Source of the DNA: an uncultured Chloroflexia bacterium
GTDB lineage: Bacteria; Chloroflexota; Anaerolineae; JAAYZQ01
Reading direction: 5' to 3'
DNA: 64,000 nt
Assembly: GCA_963700285.1 (NCBI GenBank)
Contig: CAVOXA010000006.1
Location: 96,001 to 160,000 of the forward strand
Every line of letters starts with the position of its first letter. Position 1 is the first letter of the stretch. Both the position numbers and the translations under genes were made by a program. Positions 39,016 to 49,600 of the stretch are shown here, piece after piece. The notes under the pieces are model-generated. The model searched no databases and was not told where the DNA came from. It saw only the letters and a program-made list of their open reading frames with translations.

Positions 39016-40643
39016 GTTCATAGTGCGCGCTTCAGCGCGCTTTCTCTGCCCTGCCCCAAGACTCAAACCACGGCGCTGAAGCGCCGACTACCAACCGGGG
39101 CTACCCAAGCAACCTCCTGTTCGTAGTGCGCGCTTCAGCGCGCCTTCTCTGCCCAGCCCCAAGACTCAAACCACGGCGCTGAAGCGCCGACTACCAACCG
39201 GGGCTACCCAAGCAGCCAACCGTTCGTAGTGCGCGCTTCAGCGCGCCTTCTCTGCCCTGCCCCAAGACTCAAACCACGGCGCTGAAGCGCCGACTACCAA
39301 CCGGGGCTACCCAAGCAGCCTACCTGTTCGTAGTGCGCGCTTCAGCGCGCCTTCTCTGCCCTGCCCCAGGACTCAAACCACGGCGCTGAAGCGCCGACTA
39401 CCAACCGGGGCTACCCAAGCGGCCTCCTGTTCGTAGTGCGCGCTTCAGCGCGCTTTCTCTGCCCTGCCCCAAGACTCAAACCACGGCGCTGAAGCGCCGG
39501 CTACGAACCGGGGCTACCCAAGCAGCCTCCTGTTCGTAGTGCGCGCTTCAGCGCGCTTTCTCTGCCCAGCCCCAAGACTCAAACCACGGCGCTGAAGCGC
39601 CGACTACCAACCGGGGCTACCCAAGCGGCCTCCCGTTCGTAGTGCGCGCTTCAGCGCGCTTTCTCTGCCCTGCCCCAAGACTCAAACCACGGCGCTGAAG
39701 CGCCGACTACGAACCGGGGCTACCCAAGCGGCCAACCGTTCGTAGTGCGCGCTTCAGCGCGCCTTCTCTGCCCTGCCCCAAGACTCAAACCACGGCGCTG
39801 AAGCGCCGACTACGAACCGGGGCTACCCAAGCGGCCTCCTGTTCGTAGTGCGCGCTTCAGCGCGCTTTCTCTGCCCTGCCCCAAGACTCAAACCACGGCG
39901 CTGAAGCGCCGACTACGAACCGGGGCTACCCAAGCGGCCAACCGTTCGTAGTGCGCGCTTCAGCGCGCTTTCTCTGCCCTGCCCCAAGACTCAAACCACG
40001 GCGCTGAAGCGCCGACTACGAACCGGGGCTACCCAAGCGGCCTACCGTTCGTAGTGCGCGCTTCAGCGCGCCTTCTCTGCCCAGCCCCAAGACTCAAACC
40101 ACGGCGCTGAAGCGCCGACTACGAACCGGGGCTACCCAAGCGGCCAACCGTTCGTAGTGCGCGCTTCAGCGCGCCTTCTCTGCCCAGCCCCAAGACTCAA
40201 ACCACGGCGCTGAAGCGCCGGCTACGAACCGGGGCTACCCAAGCGGCCTCCTGTTCGTAGTGCGCGCTTCAGCGCGCTTTCTCTGCCCTGCCCCAAGACT
40301 CAAACCACGGCGCTGAAGCGCCGGCTACCAACCGGGGCTACCCAAGCGGCCAACCGTTCGTAGTGCGCGCTTCAGCGCGCTTTCTCTGCCCTGCCCCAAG
40401 ACTCAAACCACGGCGCTGAAGCGCCGGCTACGAACCGGGGCTACCCATGCGGCCAACCGTTCGTAGTGCGCGCTTCAGCGCGCCTTTCTCTGCCCTGCCC
40501 CAAGACTCAAACCACGGCGCTGAAGCGCCGGCTACGAACCGGGGCTACCCATGCGGCCAACCGTTCATAGTGCGCGCTTCAGCGCGCTTTCTCTGCCCTG
40601 CCCCAAGACTCAAACCACGGCGCTGAAGCGCCGACTACGAACC
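39016..40643. repeat. Tandem array of 16 x ~103-bp REPIN/BIME-like units (inverted GTAG REP pair per unit)
   Basis: Unit starts 39016, 39119, 39222, 39326, 39429, 39532, 39635, 39738, 39841, 39944, 40047, 40150, 40253, 40356, 40459, 40563; GTTCGTAGTGCGCGCTTCAGCGCGC ... GGCGCTGAAGCGCCGACTACGAAC. Confidence 0.98.
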
Positions 40644-41203
40644 TAGGGCCCTTCCTGCACAAGCCAGGGGTAGTTGGTGAAGGTAGTCGCTCGAAAGCCA
40701 TCTGCGCACTCATCCTCAATGACCTCCAGTGAGAGCCCTCCCCCATCCAGCGTCCACCTGTAGCTGCCGGTAACCTCCATACAATGCGGGTCGTTAAACA
40801 GATGGAGCCGGTCCCCGGAAACAGCAAAGGAGCCCAGGGACCGCCAGCCGCTCAGCGAACGCGTGGAGAATATCCGGTAGATGCCAGCGTCCAGGCGCAG
40901 CAACCACAAACCACCCTCGGCCGGGTAGGGCATGCAGCGCCGGCAAAACGGCCGGACTCCCTCTCGAGGGTCCAATTTGCCGTAGGTACCGTCCAAAACG
41001 GTCTCCCGATGGGGAGGCAAGGGGGTGGTATAGGGGTAGGGCCTCTGTTCCTGCAACCGCGCCCACAAGTCAGGCCAGGCCGGGGTGCCCTCCGGGGCAG
41101 GTGGTTGGGTGGGCGTAGCGTCCGGCGGCGAGCAGGCCGTCGCCAGGACAGCCAAACAAAAGAACACCACAATACGCTGGTACCAGCGCCCGCTTCGCAG
41201 CAC
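40643..41203 (-). CDS. Hypothetical lipoprotein with CxxC
   Basis: Lipobox LATAC; PFCRRCMPY; DPHC..DEC; GTG 41203 after GGAGG (alternative ATG 41215). Confidence 0.7.
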   Translation of the reverse strand: MLRSGRWYQRIVVFFCLAVLATACSPPDATPTQPPAPEGTPAWPDLWARLQEQRPYPYTTPLPPHRETVLDGTYGKLDPREGVRPFCRRCMPYPAEGGLWLLRLDAGIYRIFSTRSLSGWRSLGSFAVSGDRLHLFNDPHCMEVTGSYRWTLDGGGLSLEVIEDECADGFRATTFTNYPWLVQEGP

Positions 41204-41239
41204 GGGTACCTCCATCGTCAAGGGGTAGACGTGTGCACT

Positions 41240-41273
41240 AGACTTCCGAAGTCTAGCAAGACTTTGGAAGTCT
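41240..41273. repeat. Paired AGACTT.CGAAGTCT palindromes
   Basis: AGACTTCCGAAGTCT-AGCA-AGACTTTGGAAGTCT. Confidence 0.65.
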
Positions 41274-41281
41274 GGGCCTGT

Positions 41282-41713
41282 TCATAAACTGGCCCCATCG
41301 AGGACATCCATCAGGATGCCCGCCGCGTTGGCGACCAAAGGGGCGCAGGTGCCCGGGCCGCCAGGAGCTTCGATGGCCGCCCGCAGCGGGGCACACTGGG
41401 TGTTGCCCATCTCGGCCAGAAAACGCGTCCTGAACTCTTTGCAGAGCGCATAGGCATCGTCGTCATTGGCGTCGGGGTCCTGGCGGCCCAGCAGCCCGCC
41501 GATGGCCAGCACGCCGCCGCTCAAGGCCCCGCAGACCTCCTCCCGGGTACCCCCTATGCCGCCGCCGAGCCCGGTGGACAGCCTCAGAACCCTGGGATCC
41601 CAATCGTCCCACGTGTGCTCGCCCACGGCGAGCAAGACCGCCTCCGATCAGTGATAGCCTCTCTCGATCAGCGCTCCGGCCCTCGCGGCCACCAAATCCC
41701 GCGCGTTCGCCAT
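41282..41713 (-). CDS. C-GCAxxG-C-C family redox (seleno)protein, UGA22 read as Sec
   Basis: ATG 41713 after GGAGG; GYH-UGA-SEAV replaces G(Y/F)xCxEA; GLGGGIG..EVCGALSGG; TQC..L; TCAPLV; SECIS-like hairpin just 3' of the UGA. Confidence 0.85.
41616..41634 (-). promoter_or_regulatory. Putative bacterial SECIS element
   Basis: UGCUCGCC-GUG-GGCGAGCA stem-loop starting 13 nt after the UGA at 41648-41650; loop begins with GU. Confidence 0.6.
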
Positions 41714-41885
41714 TGACACGCCTCCATGCAAGTACAGTGATGCCGCTAGTATACCACCAAGCTTCCCAAAAGACCACCTCTGGAGCTGTGATGACAGAAA
41801 CAGGAATTCTCAAAGATTGACACCTTCCGTAGCGTCATGGTACAGTTGAGACAATCGTGGGCTAGTCCAATCTCGGCCGGAATCT

Positions 41886-41939
41886 TTAACCGATTATTAA
41901 CCGTTCTGTTACCTGGCTTATACCTTTAGGCAGTAGAAT
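41886..41939 (+). promoter_or_regulatory. 11-bp-period direct repeats (pho-box/OmpR-type) with downstream -10
   Basis: TTAACCG 41886, TTAACCG 41897, GTTACCT 41908, TATACCT 41919; TAGAAT at 41934. Confidence 0.4.
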
Positions 41940-42068
41940 GCCAGAGTGGGATATGCCGACCCCTACACATCAATGGGGCAGGTACAGGAGTGGGACAATC
42001 TGTCAAGAACGGCAATCGACCTATGATAGGCTCCATGCCACGATTTCACGGTTGGAGGCCCATCCAGA

Positions 42069-45000
42069 ATGAGTGACGATCGCTTCGATGTTGAGGTGAA
42101 TGCCGCTCGCGAGCGATTGGATTGGCTGTCGCAGCGTGTTGGCGACTTGCCAGCGTCCGAGCGGGCGCTGGCGGGAGAGATGTTGGAGGCCTTTGCAGTC
42201 AGCGTAGAGGGACTCCAGGCGGCAGGAGAGGTATTGCAGCAAAAGAACCAAGAGCTGCCGGACATGACCGAGGCCGTGCAGGCAAACTTGGAACGAATGC
42301 GCACCCTGCAGCAGATCAGCCAACAGAATCAATTTCTGCAGACCGTACTGGATTCCTTGGCGCACCCCTTCTACGTCATCAACGTTGCGGACTATACCGT
42401 AGAAGTGGCCAACAATGCAGCCCGCGCAGACCAATTGCAGGGGAAAGCTACCTGTTTTGCCCTGCTGCACGGACGCAGCCGGCCGTGCGAGACTGATAAT
42501 TATCCCTGCCCTCTCCAGGAGCTCCTGAACACGAAAGAGTCCACGGTAGTCGAACATGTGCATTTCGAAAAGGATGGCCACCACCAGTACGTCGAGATCC
42601 ATGCCTTTCCCATTGCCGACTCGGAAGGCAAAGTAACCAAGATGATCGAGTACACCCTGGACATCACCGAGCGCAAGGAAGCCGAGTTGGCTTTGCGCGA
42701 ATCAGAATCACGCTGGCGCTCACTGACCCAGACCTCACCCGACCACATTCTGATGCTGGACACAGACCTAACCGTCCGATTCGCAAACTATGCTTCGCCG
42801 GGTTTAACGATCGACGAACTCGTCGGCAAACCCCTTTACACCTTGGTAGATGAGTTCAGGCAGTCTGAAATCAAAGCCATTCTGGAAGAGGTGCTGCGGA
42901 CCGGAGTCCCGGCCCGCTATGAAACAGTCTATCCTTCCCCCGATGATGGTGACCTCCACTACGAGTCACACGTAGCTCGCCGGATACTCCCTGACACAGA
43001 CCAAGTCGTCGGCCTGACGCTCAGCGCCCGGGACATTACCGAGCGCAAGAGGACCGAGCAGGCGCTGCGCGATAGCGAGGCGAAACTGCGCGCGCTGTTC
43101 GAGATCCTGCCCATCGGGCTCTCCGTCCTGGATCATACCCGCAACATCAAACTCGCGAACCCGGCCCTGGCGGAAATCCTGCGGCTTTCTCACGATGAGG
43201 TGACGAACGGCGCGTATGAGATGCGTACCTACCTCCAGGCTGATGGTAGGGAGATGCAGCCCGGCGACTTTCCCAGCATTCGGGCCGTTCGTGAGCAGCG
43301 GCCTGTCCGCAACGTAGAGATCGGCATGGTGAAGGAGGATGGCGAGCAGATCTGGACCAGCGTCAGCGCCGCCCCGCTGCCCTTTGATGACTGGCGGGTC
43401 ATCGTCGCCACAGCGGATATCACCGGCCTGAAGAGAGCCGAAGTAGATCTGGAGCAGGCGCGCGACGAACTGGAACTGCGCGTCGACAGAACGAACAGCC
43501 GAGTTGCTGCAGCTCAACCAGGTGCTGCGGGCCGAGATTACCGAGCGCCAGCAGGTGGAGGCGGATCTGCGGAGAAGCGAGGAGCGCTTTCGCCAGCTTG
43601 CGGAGCACATCAGCCACGTCTTCTGGATCACCGACTTGGCCGACAATCGATTCTTGTACATCAGTCCCGCCTACGAGGATCTGTGGGCCCAGGCGCGACA
43701 GGCTGGCCTACGAGCAGCCCACCGCTTTTCTCGATGCCGGTGCATCCGGAGGACCGCCAGCGCATGGCGTCAATCCTGGAGATGGGCAGGTGGGAAGAAC
43801 AGATGGGCAGCTTCGGCTCGTGCGGCCTGACGGCTCGCTCGTCTGGGTGCGGGTTCGCGCCTTCCCTGTCCAGGACGAGCACGGCCGGACCTATCGAGTG
43901 GCCGGGATCGCGGAGGAGATCACTGAGCAGGTCCAGGCCGTCCAACTGCTGGAACAGCGCGTAGAAGAACGCACCCGCCAGCTTTCGACGCTGCTGCAGA
44001 TTGCGCAGCAGCATGACCCTGACTCTGGAGCTGGGTCCGCTGCTGGACATGATCCTCGACGGGCTCGATGACGTTGCTGCGTACGATTGCGCCATCATCT
44101 ATGAGCTGGAGAGCGAGGAGCTGGTTGCTCTGGCTCATCGCGGGATCGGCAGCATAGGGAACGCGAGGCACGGAGCTCATCCCACTGGCAGAGTCAGGCC
44201 GTGGCGCAGACGGATCGTTGCCGATCAGGGGCCGGTCCTGATCTCCGATATTCGCGGCCGGACGGACGATAGCCTGCTTGCTCCCCATGTCCGATTGGGC
44301 TTGCTGTGGAATGGCCGTCCCGCTTCGGCTTCGACAGAAGGTGGTGGGGTTATTGATCCTCTATTCGTCCCAGCCGCAGTCCTATTCGTGGCAGCAGACC
44401 GGGTTGCTGCTGGCCCTGGCCAACCAGGCGGCCGTCGGCATTGAGAATGCCCAGTTGTACGAGCGAACGCGCAGCCCTGGCCGCGGTAGAGGAACGACAG
44501 CGTCTGGCTCGCGACCTGCACGACGCGGTCAGCCAGACTCTCTTTTCGGCCAATATCATCGCCGAAGCGTTGCCCCGCCTTTGGGATCGGGATCCGGAAA
44601 GCGTGCGCAGGCGTCTGCCGCAATTGCACCACTTGACCTCTGGGGCGCTGGCCGAGATGCGCACCTTGCTGCTAGAGCTGCGGCCGAACGCGCCTGGTCG
44701 ATGTGAAACTGAGCGAGCTGCTGCAACAAGCCGTCGATGCCTTCTCCGGCCGGACTCGCAGACCGTCGTATCTCTGACGCTGTCAGGCCAGCGGCGCCTG
44801 CCGGCAGAGGTCCAGGTTGCCCTGTACCGCATTGCCCAGGAAGCATTGAACAACGTGGCCAAACACGCCAAGCGCCGCAGAGGTCGACGATTCATCTCCA
44901 GATGCGAGCCGGACCGGGTCGAACTGCGCGTCCGGGACGATGGACAGGGCTTTGATCCCGACTAGCGTCTCCTCCGCGTGCATGGGGCTCAATATCCTGC

Positions 45001-45095
45001 GCGAGCGAGCCAGAGGCAATCGGCGCGAACTGGAGGTCTCGAGCCGGCCGGGCGACGGCACCGAGATCGTGGTCGTCTGGACCGAGACGCCCTGA
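42069..45095 (+). CDS. Multi-PAS/GAF sensor histidine kinase, NarX-like HisKA_3 (frameshifted)
   Basis: Repeated PAS/PAC DITERK..E..LR.SE; EERQRLARDLHDAVSQ; YRIAQEALNNVAKHA; DDGQGFD. Confidence 0.88.
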
Positions 45096-45113
45096 AGGAG
45101 AAGGAAGAGATCG

Positions 45114-45785
45114 ATGTCACAACCAAACTCCCACGCGGGTGATGATCGTGGATGACCACGACATGGTACGCAGCGGATTGGCCGTCTTTATCGACACCTT
45201 TGACGACCTGGTTCTGGTTGGCGAAGCCTCGGACGGTGCCGAAGCGGTCCGACCTCTGCGCAGAGGTCCAACCGCACGTGATCCTCATGGACCTGTTGAT
45301 GCCCAGGATGGATGGCGTCGCCGCCACGCGCGCCATCCGCCAGGCCTCACCCGGATATCCAGGTCATTGCCCTCACCAGCTTTCAGCGACCGCGACCTGG
45401 TACAGGGCGCCCTGCAGGCGGGCGCGCTGGGGTACCTGCTCAAGACTGCTTCGATCGACGAACTCGCGGAGGCGATCCGCAACGCGCGCCGGGGCCGGCC
45501 CAGTCTCGCCCCCGAAGCGCTGCAGATCCTCGGTCAGCGCCACCAGCCAGCCACATCAGCCAGGACATGACCTGACCGATCGCGAGCGCGAGGTACTGGC
45601 CCTGATGGCAGAGGGCCTGAGCAATCCTGATATCGCCCGCGCGGCTGACGGTCGAACTGTCCACGGTCAAGACCCACGTCAGCAACATCTTGTCCAAACT
45701 GGAAGTCTCCAACCGCATGGAAGCCGCCGCCTTCGCCCGGGAGCACAAGCTAGTCAATGGGAGGAGCGCGGCCTCCTCCCATTGA
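45114..45785 (+). CDS. NarL/LuxR family response regulator (frameshifted)
   Basis: VDDHDMVRSGL, ILMDLLMPRMDG, LTDREREVL, TVKTHVSNILSKL. Confidence 0.88.
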
Positions 45786-45815
45786 CCGAGTCCAAAATCC
45801 ATCTACTGGCGGACG

Positions 45816-45854
45816 AAAAACCCCTCGGGTGCCCGATGCACCCGAGGGGTTTTT
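45816..45854. terminator. Bidirectional intrinsic terminator
   Basis: AAAAACCCCTCGGGTGC-CCGAT-GCACCCGAGGGGTTTTT. Confidence 0.75.
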
Positions 45855-46053
45855 GTTGTATTCTGAGGATGGCGTAATGCGCTACTCACGCGAATGCTGA
45901 GATCGGATGACGCCCAGAGACCGGTGCTGCTCTGCCAGGTGCTGCAACGCGATCCAGGTGGGGAGAGAATGCGCGGTCCAGGCCCCAATTCTGATGGAGA
46001 GAGCCGGTCTCAAGACCCCTGCCCGAAGCATTGGGCGGAGGAAAGAGGGGAAG

Positions 46054-46599
46054 ATGGTGGATCCGCGCATTCGGGTGATGATCGTCGACGACCACGAGAT
46101 GGTTCGCAATGGACTGAGCATCCTCATCGAGGCTTTCGATGACCTTGACCTGGTGGGTACGGCAACGAATGGACAGGAAGCGATCGAATTGTGTGACAGG
46201 ATCGAGACGGACGTCGTGCTGATGGACCTGGTCATGCCCAAGATGGACGGCATCACCGCCATCCGGATCCTTCGCCAGAGCCATCCGCAGATCCAGCTCG
46301 TGGCCTTGACAAGTTTTGGCGACGAGGAATTCCTGGAGGCAGTAATGAAAGCGGGCGCAGCCAGCTACGTACTCAAGAGCGCCCCAATAGACCAGGTTGC
46401 CAGGGCCATCCGCGCCGCCGCTCGCGCTTCGGCCCCCCTTCTGGATATGGTCCCGCAGGGGGCGGCCCCTGCCTCTGTCAGTCACAAGCCAGGCGGCGGC
46501 CAGTTCAATGAGCGCAGCAAAGTCCCACAGGTCCGAACGGGCATGGACCGGGGGAGATTTCCCACGCCTTCACTTGAGATCAGTTGGAGGCGAATCTGA
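46054..46599 (+). CDS. NarL-type receiver-domain protein, no recognisable HTH
   Basis: VDDHEMVRNGL, VLMDLVMPKMDG, LTSF, YVLK; C-terminus not LuxR-like. Confidence 0.8.
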   Translation: MVDPRIRVMIVDDHEMVRNGLSILIEAFDDLDLVGTATNGQEAIELCDRIETDVVLMDLVMPKMDGITAIRILRQSHPQIQLVALTSFGDEEFLEAVMKAGAASYVLKSAPIDQVARAIRAAARASAPLLDMVPQGAAPASVSHKPGGGQFNERSKVPQVRTGMDRGRFPTPSLEISWRRI

Positions 46600-46688
46600 C
46601 CTGGCCGGCAAAGAGGCCAGCGAATCTGTACGCGGCTGTACGATGATGGATCCTTTCAAGAGAAGAGAAGGAAAAAAGGAGAGATGCC

Positions 46689-49600
46689 ATGCTCACGCGC
46701 AAGTTGCTCGACCGATTACTCGTCGTCTTGATGCTCACTTCCCTGGTGCTGAGTGGCAGCGTGCCCGCGCTCGGGCAAGAGCCAGGCCAGGCATCTGGCA
46801 GCAAGAAGGAAATCAAACAATGGTACAAACAAAAGATGAAAAAGGAGAAGGAAAAGAAGGAGAAGCGGATCACGCCTGCTGACCGGCAGGCCGCGGCCGA
46901 GCGCGCCGCGGCCGGTGGCTTCACGCTTGAAGCGATGTTGGCAGCGGCACCCGCCCTGCCGGGCGAGACGCCCCGCTACTTCAGCCACCCCAACTATGCC
47001 AATAGTCCGCTGCCGGCGGTCACCGGGCACTGCTCCGTGACTACCGCTACGGCCTGTAGCGCCTATACGGACTGCCCGGCAGGCGAATCCTGCGTGGTTG
47101 ATGCCGTCTCCGGCGGCATCCGCAAGTTCGTGGACGGGCTGCCGGGCCTCAATGCCCCAAACAACCTCGGCCAGTACATCCCGGTCGCCGTCCCCGACAC
47201 GACCACCTACCCCGGCTCGGATTACTACGAGATCGCGGTCGTCCAGTACCGGGAGCAGATGCACTCGCGACCTGCCGGGCGACGGGGAACGCTGCTGCGC
47301 GGCTACGTGCAGCTCTCGACGAGCGCCTGCGCGCGCGGGAACCGTTCCAGCTGTCCAACGAGATGCTGGACGGGACATCGGTGCCCACGGGCTACAGCGG
47401 CGTGACCGCGCCCCACTACCTGGGGCCGACGATCGTCGCCACCAAGGACCGGCCCGTGCGCATCCTGTTCCGCAACCTGCTGCCCACGGGCCTGGACGGC
47501 AACCTGTTCATCCCGACCGACGTGACGGTCATGGGCTCGGGCATGGGGCCTGACGTTGGGCGGCATGATCGAGGACACGGCCGGCCAGGGATCCCATGTG
47601 CGGCCAGATCGATCCCGCCACCAGCCTAAAGCCGGTCGGCTGCTTCACCGAGAACCGCGCCACCCTGCACCTGCACGGCGGCATCTCGCCCTGGATCAGC
47701 GACGGCACGCCGCACCAGTGGATCACCCCGGCGGCGAGAGGCCGTACCCCGATGCCGCGGCCGGGGAGAACAAGGGCGTCAGCGTGGCCTACGTGCCCGA
47801 TATGTGGTTCGACGCGCAGCGGCGATACGATTGCCAGTTGCGCGGGCAGCACGACCTGCGCGTGGCCGGCGCCACGAACGATCCGGGCGACGGCGCGCAG
47901 ACCTACTACTACACCAACCAGCAGAGCGCCCGGCTGATGTTCTACCACGACCACGCCTGGGGCATCACCCGCCTGAACGTCTATGCCGGCGAGGCCGCGC
48001 CCTACGTCATCACCGACGACACCGAGCAGGCGCTGGTCGACCGCGGGGCTCATCCCCGGCCCTGCCGACACGATCCCGCTGGTCGTCCAGGACAAGACCT
48101 TTGTGCCGAGCGCCGAGCAGCTCGCCGTGTCAGGACTCGACCTGGGACTATAGCCGCTGGGGCGGCGAGGGCAACCTGTGGCTGCCGCACGTCTACTCGC
48201 CGGCGCAGAACCCGGGCGACGCTTCGGGCGTCAACCAGTTCGGCCGCTGGGCCTACGGGCCGTGGTTCTGGCCGCCTACCCAGAACATCCTCTACCGGGC
48301 CGCTCGCCAACCCGTACTATGACCCGAGCTGCGACCCTGACCACGCGATGGTGCGAGCCGCAGATGATGCCCGGCACGCCCTTCAACTCCATGGGCATGG
48401 AGGCCTTCAACGACACGCCGGTCGTCAACGGCACCGCCTACCCGACGATCACGCTGGAGCCCGAAGGCGTACCGCCTCCGCATCCTGAACGCGGCCAACG
48501 ACCGCTTCTTCAACCTCAGCTTCTATCAGGCCGTCGACGCCAACGGCATCCTGTGCGATGGCACCAACCACTCCGGCGCCGAGAGTCACCGGGGTGGCCT
48601 GCACCGAGGTCGCCCTGAATCCCGCCGAGGTGGCGGCAGCGCTGGACGACCCGCACCGGCGTCTTCCCGACCCCATTGGCCGGCACCGAGGGCCCGAGCT
48701 GGATCCAGATCGGCACCGAGGGCGGCTTCCTGCCGGCTCCGGTGGTCATCCCAGCCCAGCCGACCACCTGGGTCGACCGACCCGACCGTGTTCAACGCCG
48801 GCAACGTGGACCAGCACTCGCTGCTGCTCGGCCCGGCCGAGCGGGCGGACGTGATCGTCGACTTTTCCGCAGTACGCCGGCCAGACGCTGATCCTGTACA
48901 ACGACGCCCCGGCGGCCTTCCCGGCGCGCGACCCGCGCTACGACTACTACACCGGCAACGCCGACCTGACGGACACGGGCGGCGCGCCTCCGACGCTGCC
49001 CGGCTACGGCCCGAACACCCGGACCGTCATGCAGATCAAGGTGAGACGCGGCACCCAGCCCCTGCCTTCGACCTGGCCACCGCTCGAGGCAGCCTTCGCC
49101 CACCAACCCGATGGCTCGGGCGTCTTCGAGTCGGGGCAGCACCCGATCATCGTCGGGCAGGCCGCCTACAACTCGGCCTATGGCACCACCTTCGATCAGC
49201 GGCCGGCAATCCGGATGGGTTCGCGCGGATCACCGACTTTTCGATGACCTTCAAGACGCTGTCCGGCGCAGCAGATGATCGACTTCCCGTTCCAGCCCAA
49301 GGCGATCCAGGACGAGATGGGCGAGGCCTTCGACCGCGAGTACGGCCGCATGAGCGGCAACCTGGGCCTCGAGGTGCCGCTGACGGGCAGCCGGGGTCGC
49401 GCAGAACCTGATCCTGTACCCGTACTCGAACCCGGCCAGCGAGCTGATCGACGCGACCAATCTGCCGATGGCGCTGGATCCCGACGACCCGACCGTACAA
49501 GGTCCGCCGATCTCCGACGGCCAACGACGGGACGCAGATCTGGAAGATCACGCACAACGGCGTGGACACGCACCCCATCCACTTCCACCTGTACGACGTG

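Noticed and set aside
39016-40643. CRISPR array
   Set aside because: Sequence between the palindromes is near-identical in every unit (no unique spacers), the period is 103 bp, and no cas genes or leader are present
40579-40827. 82-aa ORF running into the array
   Set aside because: Alternative-frame shadow of the lipoprotein plus repeat sequence
41648-41650. Nonsense mutation or sequencing error in the C-GCAxxG-C-C gene
   Set aside because: UGA falls exactly on the conserved Cys and is followed by a SECIS-like hairpin; error not fully excluded given the noisy region
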